Part shown: one piece after another, positions 13,496 through 27,240 of the stretch | Numbering within the stretch: the stretch's first letter is position 1 | Layout of the letters: every line of letters starts with the position of its first letter | From: Octopus sinensis | Lineage: Eukaryota | Direction of reading: 5' to 3' | Length of the DNA: 64,000 nucleotides | Assembly (NCBI RefSeq): GCF_006345805.1 | Contig: NC_043010.1 | Span: forward strand, 45,942,001-46,006,000 | The notes under the pieces: model-generated | The model's input: only the letters and a program-made list of their open reading frames with translations | Databases searched by the model: none | What the model was told of the DNA's origin: nothing | Position numbers and translations under genes: made by a program

Positions 13496-15379
13496 GAAAT
13501 GACTTCTAGCTATGGGCTAATTCAACTTAAACCATCCAATAATTAAGCCAAAAGACAGGTGCATTTGAGTATGTGTGTGTGTATGTGTGTGTGTGTGTGT
13601 GTATCTTTCCATAACTTAGTGGTTTTCAAGAGCTGTAATGATGGCTCACATAGCTTAAATATTACAGTATGCTGTCATAATAATCTCAACTGTAAATTCA
13701 TATTTGTGGAAACTTGTGTTTGCTTTTATTTCTCAGTAATTAAATAATCCAGTCACTTATTTTCTTGCCCTCATCAGAGTGATAGTAACGAAGTTGAAAG
13801 CAAAGCCTTATTTGACAGGTATCTTTCATGGTAAAATTTCACAGTTGTCAAACTCAATATTAAGAACGAATGAAAATGGAAAATTTTTTACAATACTTCT
13901 GTTTTCCATCACTGTGTGCTGTTCTTAGCTGTTTACCTTTCTACTGGGTCACCAAGTTAAATGCCCTGGTGAGAGTGTTGGAGAAAAGGTGTTGAGCAGG
14001 GTTGGAAAAAAAAGTTTGAATTGTTTACTCACTCATTCAGTCATGAAGTAGGATAAATCAATAGTCTATATAAATATTTTGCTTTGTGCTTGAACTAAAA
14101 GAATTTCTATAATCCATTCCGTCCTTGTTAATATAGAGAACTGTCGGCTGATTTGCAAATATGTGTAGTTGTGGGAGACTAACTTATCTAAATTTAGAAA
14201 ACTGAAAGTCGGACAGTACAGACAAATAAAGTAACATTGTTTTATGTTGGTAAATACTGAAAAGAACCCCAGCAAAGAGAGCTTCATCACTAGTAATTTC
14301 AATATCTTATAACAGCAACCTTAACACATGCAATAATGCAGCAACAATACACTGAATTCATAAGGAGTGAAGAAATCTGATTACAGAATGATAAGACATT
14401 TCTTAAGTCAATAGCAATGTAGCAGCCATTAACACTACAGTGGAAGTCTCTACACAGGTTCTCAATCCCCATGCTAGAAATACCAGCTAAATCTACTCTA
14501 ATCATTATGCTCAATCCTTTTTTCCTATTATGCCACCTCTTAAATTCCCTCCCCACCTTCCTGCTCTTACTTTTCCAACAGTTGGTGATTAAGGAAGGTT
14601 CACGAAGAATACCTTTGGTATCAATCTTAGTAATCTAGGATGAGACCCAGTAAATAATAAAAATAAAATGGAAAGATATATTAAATAAATTTAGTCATAG
14701 ACAACTTAATACTTAAATAAAATATGGGCTGATGGGATGTTACATAATCTGGTATACAAAATTGAAGTAGCCATCTTGTGAGGTGTGGCTGTGTGGTAAG
14801 AGGCTTTCTTCGCAACCACATGGTTCTGGGTTCAGTCCCACTGCATGGCACTTTGGACAAGTGTCTTCTACTATAACCTCAAGCTGACCAAAGCCTTTGG
14901 CAGGTGCATTTAGCAGAAGGAAACTGAGAGAAGCCTGTTGTGTGTATATGCATGCGTATGTGTGTGTGTGTCTTTGTGTCAGGAGAGGGGGTAAGTCAAT
15001 TACATCAACCCCAATGCTTGACTGGTATTTATTTTATCAACCTCAAAAGGACAAAAGGCGAAGTCAACCTTAGCAGAATTTCAGCTCAGGATGTAATGAT
15101 GGACAAAATGCTGCTAAGCATTTTCCCCAGCATGCTAATGTTTCTGTCAGCTCACTGCCTTAGTGTTAGATATAATATTGCTTTCAAATTGCTTTCAAAC
15201 TTTCAAAGGCCTGCAAGTTCAGAGGAGGGGGAAAGTTTATTAATTCAACCCCAGTCCTAGTGCTCAACTGCTACTTATTTTATTGACCCCCAAAAGAATG
15301 AAAGACAAAGTCGACCTTGGTGGAATTACTTCTTTTAGAGAACACATCAAACCACCCAGTGAACTTTATTTTTAGTTTC

Positions 15380-17330
15380 TGATAATGTAAGAGTTAAGTA
15401 TATCCCCAAGAATATGAATTCTTCTCCCTGGGCCATGGATCATGATTTGATAGTTAACTTCAAGGTACATTATCTGAAAACTTCAAACAACTTATGATAG
15501 CAATTGACAGAGAAGATACACCTACAGATAGAAACTTAATAGATGCTGTAGATGATGTAGTTAAGTCATGGGATGAAGTGAAACCTTCAGCTTTGAATGG
15601 TACTTAGAGAAAATATATGACCAGATTGCTTCTGTGACTTCACAAGTTTTTTACGAGCAGAAAGTCTACACCAAATTCAGAAAGAGATTGTGGCTCTTGT
15701 ATTTGGTCATCAAGTATGAAATTTGTAGAAAAGACAAAAAAGTTTGCTAATGTTTTATAAATACAAGGAATAGTTTTATTCAGAAAATATGTACCCATAT
15801 TGTCAATACACTTTTGCCATTTCAACGGTAACTTGTCCAGCCCAGAACTGTAAAAGCTTTGCAATCCAGAGTCAATAAAATCTTGGAAGGCCTGTTTTAC
15901 AGCATCATTGGAATAAATTTTTTTTCCTATCAAAAAATTATACAAGTTTTGGAAGAAGTGGTAGTCAGTGGGGGAAAAATCAGGTGTGCATGGTGGATGA
16001 TGAAGAACTTCCAACTCCAACGCCTGTAGGTTCACCAGTGTCATTTTTGTGATGTGTGGTCTGGCGTTGTCTTGCAATAAAATAGGAGTGGATCTGTTGA
16101 CTAATCCAGGCTGCTTTTTTTGTAAGTTTTTGCATCATTTGATCCAGTTAGCTGCAGTGTACTTCAGCCGGGATTGATGAACCAGGTTTAATGAAATCAT
16201 AATGGATCACACCTGCACTAGACCACCAAACACACACCATCAGCTTCTTTCAATGAATTTTGCTTTTTGGACTGTGTTTTGGTGGCTCGTCTTTGTCCAA
16301 CCATTGTGCTGAATGTTTACAGTTGTTGTATTTGATCTGTTTCTTATCACATGTTACAATTCAGTTCAAAAATGATTCATTTTTGTGACGAAAAAGTAGC
16401 ATAATGCAGGCTTCCAAACGTTGCTGTTTCTGATTTTCATTGAGTTCATGTGGAACCCACTTATCCAACATTTTCACGTTACCAATTTGAACTAGATGAG
16501 TCAATATTATTTGCTTGCTAACACCAAACAGCAACAATAATTCACGGGCACTTTGAGATGGATCTGACACGATGGTGGCTTTCAGTTTGTCATTATCCAC
16601 CTTTGTTTCTGGTTGACCACGTTGCTCATTTGTGAGGTCAAAGTTACCAGAACGAAATTTTTCAAACCAATTTGATATTGCCTGCTGTGTAATAACATTA
16701 AAATGAAATATTTCATTAATATTCTGAGCTGTCTCTGATGCTGCATTTCCAAGAAAGAACTCATATTTCAAAACTGTACAAATTTCCGACTTATCCATCT
16801 CTAAACAAAAATAGCAAAAAACAATTTATAAATACTTTATAAGGCACAAAATGAGTTAGAATAAAGTAATAACTGTGTCAGCTTTCTAACAAAAAATAAA
16901 GTTTGTTAAAATATAAAAATGGTGCAAAATGAGCAATTGTCAAAGTTTACCATATACCTTACTTTAAATTTCATACTTGACGACCTAATAAATGATGGAG
17001 GGTTTGAAGAAGTCATAGGGGATGATGTGGTCGAGTTGCTAGTGTCCCATAGAGGAAGTTTATCTAATGACAAGTTGATGCTGCTAAAACTAGAGCAAGC
17101 TGAGAATACTGATAAGAATACAGAAATTCCACTCCACTTGAACTGACTGCAAAGAATATTGCTAACAGATTGGCACTTAAAGAGGAAGGTCTGCAAGTTT
17201 TTGTTGATAACGACTCTAATCGTGACTGTAACATAAAAATTACAAGTGGAGTTTTCAATGGTCTCACTTACTACGCTGATCTCCACAAAGTAATAAATGT
17301 ACTATAAACATCAAACAACTTTGGAAAAGT
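15380..17330 (+). mobile_element. Tigger/pogo transposase remnant split by a mariner
   Basis: VKYIPKNMNS..PMD..LIVNFKVHYL...WDEVKP left of the mariner; the reading KEIVALV|NDGGFEEV...DDVVELLVSH is in frame across the mariner TA site. Confidence 0.8.
15702..16988 (-). mobile_element. Full-length degenerate mariner (DD34D, 1287 bp)
   Basis: TA TSD; TIRs TTTGGTCATCAAGTATGAAATT / AATTTCATACTTGACGACCTAA; ORFs with WVPHEL, TCD, QDNARPH and SPTDYH, 34 residues between the second and third D; frameshifts and stops present. Confidence 0.95.
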
Positions 17331-17699
17331 TCTTCACTCTGAAGTGGATGTTGATGATGATTAACTATCATATAGAAGATAGTGGCCCTCATCCTCTCAG
17401 TAATTTTCATTTCACCTTCAACCCTCACACAGTAGACAACATCTTTTGTGGTAAGAACATAACTTATTGCAATATTATGATTTATATTTATTCCTTAACG
17501 TATTTCTCTTCAAATGTTTTTATGTATACTAATCTAAATCGTTCGAAATTGTTATTTTCAAGCATAAAAGTGTCTGTGTTGCTTGTTTGTTGTTGTTGCT
17601 GTTGCTTTTGCAAAAAGTCAGTTGGAATGTATTATCACTTTTATACAAGTGAATCTAGTTAATTCCGCAATGATGATGACATTATATTTGCACTTAAAA

Positions 17700-18235
17700 T
17701 AATATAATAATAATGAAATTATTGTATACAGTGCTCAGATGCACCACAACTTGTCAAAAGTGCATATAAAGCATGTGCCTTAATGTACAAATGTCTGGGA
17801 AGTGAACAGTGTATGAGTCAGATACATGTTTGCGTGTGTATGGAGGGGAGAAAATCAGGTGTAGTGTTGGCAAATTTCAGGAAGCATGGAAGTTTTGAAG
17901 GATGCAGTGCTCCGACAACTAACAACTGGTGCTGGCAGTTTGTTCTATGCTTCAGCAACTCTTAGCGTGAAAAAATGCTTCCGAAAGTCATGGGAACTGT
18001 GCTGTTTTCTGACTTTGTAAACATGTCCACGGGTGTTAGACAGGTGGAGTTTGAAAAGGTGCTCAGAGTTATTGTTTGTAAGATGGTTAATAATTTCATG
18101 GGTGTCTGCCAAGTCAGCTGCCGGATGTCGGAGTTGATGATATTTTTGAGCAATAAGATGAAAGCTTTCTTCCCCAATGGGATCCAAGCACTACAACACA
18201 ATGACATGTGTGGAATGCATGGAGAACTACATTGA
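17700..18235 (-). mobile_element. CR1-like LINE 3' fragment
   Basis: TRGHVYKVRKQHSSHDFRKHFFTLRVAEA, with a 3' UTR and (ATT)n tail shared with 24760-25330. Confidence 0.85.
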
Positions 18236-19001
18236 AAAATAAATCTCATTTGGTCACACTCCATGAGAGTATCTTGGTCAACCTTTGAACTTTTCAGTTA
18301 GCCCTTGTAACATCAGAAAGAAAGATTCCAACAGTTGATACAAAGCATGAGAAGCATTGGAGTATGTGAATGGAAGTTGTCATGTGCTTGCCATTCTCAT
18401 TGAAATTAGAAACACAAGTAAAATAATTGCTGTGTGTAGATATCACAAAAGATATTGTTTAGTTCTAGATCAACTCTAATTTACCAGACTCATGATCAGG
18501 GGTATTCCAACCATGACCATCCCAGCTTTTGGGAAGTTGGGGGAGGACTTTCTAGAACTATATTATCTAAGTTGTTTCTCTTCCTTAAGATGGTGATGGG
18601 AGACTTGGCTGTTATTTTTAGCAGATTGAGTGACCATGTAGAGACCTTCCTTATTGTTTCCAAATTTTGAACGTTGTTAGAACAGAGCCTACCTCTACTG
18701 TATAGATGGTATTTGTTAATATAACAACATTTTTTTATATTATAACACTGCCTTCTATTTAGAGGGGTAACTCTATACAATGATCAGACATAACACCTTT
18801 ATTAAACATATCCCTTAACATATTCTATGTAAGGTAAATTAAATGATATAGTTTGAACAGGAAATCAAAATAGCTTCAAAAGTATCAGCTTATTATGGAC
18901 TTTACTTCTACTCTAGAGCATTCACCACAACAACAATAATAATAATCCTTTCTACTATAGGCACAAAGCCTGAAATGTTGGATGAGGGGGCTAGTCAATT
19001 A

Positions 19002-19566
19002 TTGGGTTGTCCGCAAAGTCCATGCCAATTTTTTAAGGAAAGAAAAAGGTCAATAAATACTTGCCGTTGCATTTTTAATCAACCAAATATGAACCATTTT
19101 GTTGCACAATGCATCTCCATCTTTCCTTTAACTTGAAAATACCCTCCTCCCAGAATTGAGGGGGTTTCATGGCAAAGAATTCATCAAGGTATCTTTTTAT
19201 GTCATCCAATGAATTGAATTTTTTACCATTAAGACTATTCTGCAGAGACCTGAATAAGTGGAAATCCGAAGGAGCAATATCTGGTGAATATGGAGGGTGG
19301 GGTAACACATCCCAGCCAAGCTGCAACAATTTTTGTCTAGTTCCCAAAGCATCAAGTGCTGAAAATGAACTTTCTTATCTTCCATTTTAAAGGGTTACAG
19401 AATTAACACAGGTTATAGGAACATAAACTTTCTTCTATGAAAAGATAGCTTAAACTGTGCTCTAAATGGATGTGTAGTCAAATCCTATTTTATGGGTTCA
19501 ACCCTGTCCTAAAATAAGTTGAAAGGTAAGCTACTATAAATCGGCACAAACTTTCCGGACAACCCA
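19002..19566 (-). mobile_element. Internally deleted mariner (565 bp), copy 2, inside a SINE B
   Basis: Same TIRs and deletion junction as 3763-4328; the SINE B sequence GTCAATTA|CATCAACCCC is split at a duplicated TA. Confidence 0.95.
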
Positions 19567-21236
19567 TACATCAACCCCAGTATTTGACTGCTTTTTATTC
19601 CATTAACTCTCAAAGGATGTAAGACAAAGTTGACCTCAGTGGAATTTGAACTCAGAACATAAGAATGCCACTAAGCATTTTGTCCAGCAATAAAAATAAC
19701 TGTTTTTAAACTTTATACCTGGCTGTATGAGAAAGTAGTAGTTCATGTTTCTTTTTTGTTTCGAGAGTTTCAGCTGCTTACATTGTTATTTGTGGTTGTT
19801 GTTGCTATTTAACACTTGATTAAGCAACCTTATGTATTCCATATGTATTCCGGCCATAAACATGCTGTTCTTTTTTCAAAGCATAATGCATCTAGGACTA
19901 CATAATACAACATATCCACCCATTTTTAGAATGATAGGGTGTGATATAAAGAAGATTTGGTTATTGCTTCTAGCTGGTTGAGCAGCTATCTAAAGGCTTC
20001 TGTGTAAGCTCAGTTAGCTAGATACATACAAGTGAAATTAACTCACACCTGCCATAAATTGAAACTTTGTCACACTATAATTTTAGCTGAGGGGTAAAGT
20101 TCTGATGGTGTGGTTAAAGAAAGGCACAGAGAGAGGGGGGAGAGAGAGAGGAGGAGAGAGAAGAGGGATGGGGAGGGGAGAGAGTGGTGGTGGTGGTGGT
20201 GGAGGAGGAGGAAATGGCAGTGATGGTGATGGTGACTGGATAGTGGAAAGTTTATTTTTTTAATTGAACCAAGTTTTTTTATATCACCTATCACTTAACA
20301 CATGCGAATAAGTGCAATTCCATGAAATATTCACACTCATTTATGAGGCAGATATATGAAATTTAACTAAAGGTTGTATTATGTGTATGGGATATTTTTT
20401 TTTAGTTTATGGGGAAAATGGAAAAATAAGAATAAATATTTATTTTATGAGTGCTGTGTATTAAAGTCTATAAAATTGTGCATAAAGTATATTAAGTGTA
20501 TATATAAAATGCATTAAGTAGTACTCTTTTACTTGTTTCAGTCATTTGACTGTGGCCATGCTGGAGCACCGCCTTTAGTTGAGCAAATTGACCCCAGGAC
20601 TTATTCTGTGGATGCCTAGTACTTATTCTATCAGTCTCTTTTGCCGAACTGCTAAATTATGGGGACGTAAACACACCACCATCGGTTGTCAAGCGATGTT
20701 GGGGGGACAAACATATAAACACACATAAATATACATATACGTACATATATACGATGGGCTTCTTTCAGTTACCAACTCCACTCACAAGGCTTCGGTTGCC
20801 CCGAGGCTATAGTAAAAGACACTTGCCCAAGGTACCATGCAGTGGGAATGAACCTGGAACAAAGTGGTTGGTAAGCAAGCAACTTACCACACCTAATCAT
20901 TGTATTCCAATTTCTTTCACTTTTCAATGAGTACCAGATGAGCAGCTATCTTTCCATACAGACACAACACAGGCTACACTTTCAGGTTTATTGGATAAAG
21001 TTTTCAGAAATGACACTATAGATTTACCATTAAATCCATGAAATATTCACAGGTCCCACTAGTACTAACTAAACCTTCTAATCACTATGACCACTAATTC
21101 CTACAGTAGCACCTTCTATCAGTCATTTCTTCATCAGACATGAATAAATTAGAATAATACATTTACTTGTGTTTAATGTGCATTTCTAATTCTTGGTAAA
21201 GAAATCTTAAAAACCATACTCTCATGTATAACATAC

Positions 21237-21616
21237 TTACTTACTTGTACTTGTGGTGACATTCACCCTGGGCGGGTTGAGTCGGCTTCTTCCTTGGAAG
21301 AAATTTCGTGGGAATATGTGGATTTCATAAGTGGTCACCAACAATCCCACATGTAGAGACATCCTGTTTGCTGCAGATTGTCCGCAGACGCAGGGACAGT
21401 ACGACCGAGGAGCCGCCAGTTGCTGAAACAGACACTCCGAGGATTTTCACCAGAGCCCCGTCTGCCGGGTTGTGGCCCTAATACCACTCGGTGTCAGACC
21501 AATCCGCTTTCGGTGGCCCTACCAGGAACTGAAGTTCCCGACGGCATAGCTCTGACACTACCCGTTGCCAGCGTCCCCACCACGGGGGGGGGGGCATGGA
21601 CTTTGGGGATACAATA
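21237..21616 (-). mobile_element. Bipartite non-autonomous RTE derivative (380 bp)
   Basis: 10-bp TSD TATAACATAC (21227-21236 and 21617-21626); 3' end GAAGCCGACTCAACCCGCCCAGGGTGAATG plus (TAAG)n matches the RTE end at 52545-52599; the 5' part GTGGTGGGG...AGAGCTATGCCG...CCTGGTAGGGCCACC resembles RTE 5' UTRs. Confidence 0.8.
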
Positions 21617-21960
21617 TATAACATACACATTACGTTGGTGCTAAAGTAATTGCAAATTTTGTTTTGTTGACAAACAACTTTCACAATTACTTTTGTAACA
21701 TGGTTTTCATGTATAATGTACACCCTTAATTTTACTGTTTAAAAATCTGGGGAAAAGTATCTATTATGAATGAATAAATATAAAAAAATTGAACAGGAGT
21801 GGCTGTGTGGTAAGTAGCTTGCTTACCAACCACATGGTACCAGGTTCAGTCCCACTGCGTGGCACCTTGGGCAAGTGTCTTCTACTATAGCCTCGGGCCG
21901 ACCAAAGCCTTGTGAGTGGATTTGGTAGACGGAAACTGAAAGAAGCCCATCATATATATG

Positions 21961-22003
<43 letters not shown>

Positions 22004-22419
22004 CTGTGTGTCTGTTTTTGCCCCCCTAGCATTGCTTGACAACCGATGCTGGTGTGTTTATGTCTCCGTCACTAAGCGGTTCGGCAAAAGAGACCGATAG
22101 AATAAGTACTGGGCTTACAAAGAATAAGTCCCGGGGTCGAGTTGCTCGACTAAAGGCGGTGCTCCAGCATGGCCACAGTCAAATGACTGAAACAAGTAAA
22201 AGAGTTACTCAAAGGTAACTAAAAACTATTAAGCACCTACAGTGATTTCTATGCTAATTTTCCCCCCTACATTTACAACTATTTCCTAGTATTTCAGCAA
22301 GGTTTTCCATCAGTTTCATTCAAATTAGTTGACATACTTGACACCAGGATTGACCTGGGGCTAAACAACAAACATAGCAATGGCAACAAAAGAGTATACA
22401 TTGGAAAATGCTGTCCTTA

Positions 22420-23060
22420 ATACAATATTTATGAATAAAAGGCAGGATGGTCCTGCTAGAGCCGAGCTAAACAAAATGGACTTGGACCGGAAATGGACAA
22501 TGAGAAAGGAAGCGGTAAAGGAATGGTAGATGAGGACTTCAGCTGCTGTGGGAAGGTGTTTGCTAGTTACATCGGGCTGAGAATCCACCAAGGGAAGGTG
22601 TGTCAGAAGAAAGTAATTCAATAACATGGGTTGATAAGCCATAAGACATGTGGCCAGAACCCCCTGGAAAATAACCATAGCGAGGTTCATTCCACAGTTG
22701 AATTGGAACAGTCAAAAAGAGTGATAGGCGTGAAGAGGACAAAGATTAAGTGGCCGAAAGCAAATGACGCAGCGAGTTATAAAAAATTTGACAACAAGGT
22801 AGCAAGAATGATTTAAAGGGAAAAAGTTTGACTAGACAGTCAGTCACTCGCTGACACTCGACGCTACATTGAAGAGGCCAGGGAACAGAAGAAAGAAGAC
22901 ATGCACCCAAACCTCCAAAATAAGGGGTGGGGGGCTCGCCACGTCAAAACGGTAGAGGAGTAGGGGCTGAAACCAGATGTGGTTCTTCCTGATGATGTCT
23001 TGAGCTAACTGGATCCTATAAAGGAGCTTTTGTGGTAGCAGACCACAAAACACGGTTGAA
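22420..23060 (+). mobile_element. HERO/NeSL-like (RLE) non-LTR element, internally deleted
   Basis: CCGKVFASYIGLRIHQGKVC zinc finger (22544 onward) and in-frame IKWPKANDAASYKKFDNKV, followed by a short GC-richer segment containing CTGATGATGT that resembles a HERO 3' UTR. Confidence 0.65.
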
Positions 23061-23524
23061 ATTCCTCAGCTACAACAAATATCCATGTAATGAGTGTCCT
23101 TATAGCTATCCCCATCAGTAATCAGCTTCCCTGTAATCCTCACCACCATCAGCAAAACCATTATTATCGCTAATAATCATTAGTTGATAATTAAACATGA
23201 CCACTCTGAATGAGCCAAAGAAAGAGACTCTCCTTGAAAATTCAACCAAAGATCCCTAAAATCACATCCTAACATTTTTAAATGAAAGAGAGGACACATA
23301 GGATAACGTAGTCCCAGACAAAGTATGCTTGGTTATGAATGTATAGTCATTTGAAATGCCTTTGGTTATAGATGCGGTCAATCAAGGCTAACCTTGAGCT
23401 ACACAACAACTCATATAAGCACCTGTTCAGTGGCACCAGTGGGTGCAAGCCCAGGTCCAAAATCTTTTACAAACAAGGTCAATTTTTTTTTCAATCTTAG
23501 TATCAAAACAAACACAGGTATAAT

Positions 23525-23555
<31 letters not shown>

Positions 23556-24759
23556 TATTAATATATAATAATAATTATTATTATTGCATATGAAAAAGTA
23601 ATGCTTCAAGTCAGTCCAAAAATTTTTCTATGCTTGCTCATTTTGGAGATAAAATTTTCCAGGATGTCCAAAGTGTTTTCATTACACAAGCTTTTATGTA
23701 CATGCATTACAGCACATTGTGCCAGATGGTGTTGTGCCATTGTGATATAGAGTTAGGTCTTCAAATGGTGAAGTGTGTTGAAGAGACTCTCACTTGTTGC
23801 AACATAACGACATTCTCATCACAAAGGCTTGAACTAATCATGCACTATGTCGTAGGTTTGAGATTTTGGTGATCTAGTTGTTTATATTTAAAACTTTATT
23901 GGGTAGATGGTAGGCTGGACCTGGTCAGTTTGAACATAAAATCTGATACAATATTTTGGCTTGATATATCCAGCTTAAATGCTAAAGGGTTAACACCAAA
24001 TTCAGAATTCATCCAAGGTTAGGGCCATGTGCAAGATGCCCTTGCACAATTCAGGCTCACAACACATAAATTCACTGCAATACAATTTCTTTTCCTCAAC
24101 AGGACCTGTTCTATTTAATATTATCCCAAAAACAAATCAAAGAAGGAAAAGATCCCATCACCTTCAAATGATACCTGGACAAATTTCTTGAAGGGATATC
24201 AGGTAACCCAGTCAATTTACTGGGATTAATGATTGATGTAATTGGTTAATCATTTCCCAACAAATTTTTGGCCTTGTGTCTGAATTAGAAACAATTATTA
24301 TTACTAGCAAATCTACCCATCTACAATGGAGGCATAAAATGAGGGAGGGAAGTCATAACAGCAGGGTGTATTGAGAAATGAGCAAATGGACTTGATAGAT
24401 TACTGGGTGATGTCTTAGAAAAATCACATTACTGTTGGTGACACAGCATTCTGTTGCAGCTATATGACATGTGATTGTGACAAAGTGACATGTGATAATG
24501 ATTCACTCCCAAACTGAAATAGGTTCCCAGCCTCTGTATCGTGAATGGTTATGTGAACCACTCCCAATGAAAGCCAAATCTTTTTTCAACCACCCCATAA
24601 CAGGTATTAAGAAAAAAATGGTATTTAGGTATGCTTTTATTTTCATTGTTTACACTATTTTACACTCTTAAACATTCAAAGTTCACACATTTCTTTATTT
24701 ATATTATGAATCATATTCCTTTCAATAATATCAGTATGATTACAAAACATCTTTGTAGA

Positions 24760-26290
24760 TAATAATAACAATGATGAAATTATTGTATACAGTGCTCAGG
24801 TGCACCACAACTTGTCAGAAAGTGTGTATAAAGTATATACAGTAATGTACAAATGTCTGGAAAGCGAACAATGTATGAGTCAGATACATGCTTGTGTGTG
24901 TATGGAGGAGAGAAAATCAGGTGTAGTGTTGGCGAATCTCAGAAAGCATGGAAGTTTTGAAGGATGCAGTGCTCCAACAACTAACAACTGATGCCGGCAG
25001 TTTGTTCTATGCTTCAGCAACTCTCAGCGTGAAAAAAATGTTTCCTAAAGTCATGGGAGCTGTGCTGTTTTCTGACTTTGTAAATATGTCCATGGGTGGA
25101 GTTCGAAAAGGTGCTCAGAGTTATTGTTTGTAAGATGGTTAATAATTTTATGGGTGTCTGCCAAGTCAGCTGCCAGATGTTGGAGTTTCAATGTGTCCAT
25201 GCCCAGGGAAGTAAGGTGTTCAGAATATGGCAAATGCCTGATGGAGGGTATTCTTTTGGTTGCACGTCACTGAACGGCTTCCAGATGATTGATATCCTGG
25301 GCAAGATAGGGGTTCCAGACCGGTGATGCAAATTCCAGGTGAGGTCTTACCATAGCTATATAAAGCCGCAGATAGATAGTCGGAGAGCGGCTCACAAAGG
25401 ACTTGGTGAGTGATGCCAAGACACCCTCAGCTTTCTTGACAATTTTAGCGATGTGTTTTGTCCAACGCAAATCACTGTCGACAATAACACTCAGATCGCA
25501 TTCACATGAAGACTTTTTGAGATTAGTGTTGTGGAGGGAGTAGGTGGACGCTGATTTTCTCCTCCCAAAATGCATGGTGGTACATTTGTCCACAGCCAGC
25601 TTGAGTTGCCAGCCCATGATCCACTGCTGCATTGTGTCCAGGTCTGCTTGCAATAGAGATCTATAGTGTACAGGATCTGACCTCTTTATTTCGAGGTACA
25701 GCTTGATGTCATCTGCATATTTCAGCACTGTAGCATTCTTTAAGTTGGCATCTATGTCTTTTAACATATGCAACAAATAAAAGGGGGCCAAGAACAAATT
25801 CCTGTGGTACACCAGATGTCATCTCATAGGGCGAAGAGTGCTGTCTTAGAACTGTGACAACCTCTTTTCGGCCGAAAATAAAGGACTTCAAACAGTTATA
25901 GAGTTCGTCTCTTACGCCCAATGCAGAGAGTTTCACCATAAGCCTTTTGTGTGGCACAGAGTTAAAAGCCTTAGCAAAGTCCAGGTAAACAACATCCACC
26001 CAGGATCCGCGATCAGTGATTTGAGTAACATCCTCAAGAAACTCGATGAGTTGATTACAGCAGCTGGAGTTAGGAATAAATCCAAATTGTGACGGCTGGA
26101 TGAGGCTGTGAGACTTCCAGAAGTTCCAGAGGGTTTCCCTGATACAGGATTCCATAAGTTTGGTGATGCAGCTAGTAAGACTAACGGGACGATAGTTGAC
26201 AGGTGATGTGTGGTCACCTTTTTTGAACAGAGGGATAACACTGGCAGTTTTCCACTGCTCTGGAGTAACACCATTGTCAAGACAGAATTG
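24760..26290 (-). mobile_element. CR1-like LINE, 5'-truncated, frameshifted RT
   Basis: QPSQFGF, VYLDFAKAFNSVPH, SGVPQEFVLGPLLF, KYADD and VRPHLEFASPVWNPY; 3' UTR and (ATT)n tail. Confidence 0.95.
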
Positions 26291-26639
26291 GAAGAATAGA
26301 GAAAGATGATATTTTCTGTTTGGTCAGCACTAATTCAAATTACTGGAGTCCATTACTCAAATCAAAGTGACATATAATTGGCTATGTGTAAACATTGAAG
26401 TGGGTAACAATACACCTAGATGATCTAAAGTCACACCTTGTTTGCTGTGAATGCGCGAGCAGAATCTTTACAAAGACTTACTTCTCTGGATATTCTAGTA
26501 ATATGGGTTATTTTGATTGACAAAACTAAGGCGTAAACAACAGCCACTTTGATTAACCATTTCAAATCCTGCTCAAGATTGACACACTTCAATAATCAAA
26601 CACACTATATACTGACACACACTTTTACCATTTTATTTT

Positions 26640-27240
26640 TGCTATTAACTGTCCTCATGACCCCCTTCATACCTACAATGGGGCCACGAACTATATGATG
26701 AAAATTCAGAGTTACTCATGGTCAGTGAATTTTTAATAAAAATGTGAAGGTAGTTTATAAATTCAAAAATTGATATACATGAAATAATCATACTTTCTGA
26801 TTTGTTAATGCTTAAAACCTTCCTGATGACCATCTTTGTAATCCTGAAAAATATCGTAACCATTGGTCCAGCCGTGTGGCTGTGAAGAGGGAACAGACAA
26901 AGAGACGGACAGACAGATAGACATAACACCCATTAAAGTAAGATAACATCTATGATGCAAAATAAAGGGATAGTATCGCAAATCTAAACCCGCTAAATTC
27001 ACAAACTATACAAGGCGGAAATCCAGAGTAAATCCCTGTCGGCAGAATTTTAACAAAAAGAAATCAAAGTTGATTTATTAATACAAAACTCAATAACCAT
27101 ACTTTTTCACATTTTTTTCCCTAAAAATCTTCCTGATTACCTCTTTTGTAATCCAAAGACACATCAAGACCATTGGTTCAGCCATTTGACCATGAAGAGG
27201 GAACAGACAGACAGACATAATGCCCATTATAGTAAGATTA
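26640..27240 (+). mobile_element. Helitron/Helentron-type non-autonomous element with a duplicated 3' module
   Basis: Two about 120-bp direct repeats (near 26820-26943 and 27128-27238), each ending (GACA)n...CCCATTA(A/T)AGTAAGAT, resembling DINE-1/Lep1-type ends. Confidence 0.5.

Noticed and set aside
22960-23010. Hammerhead-like GAAACCA...TGGTT...CTGATGA
   Set aside because: Stem III can form, but stem I has only 4 unpaired nt and stem II does not pair; more likely a HERO-type 3' UTR motif.
24020-24215. Possible LINE 3' remnant (GPVLFNIIP...LDKFL)
   Set aside because: Too short and degenerate to classify with confidence, so it is not listed as a feature.
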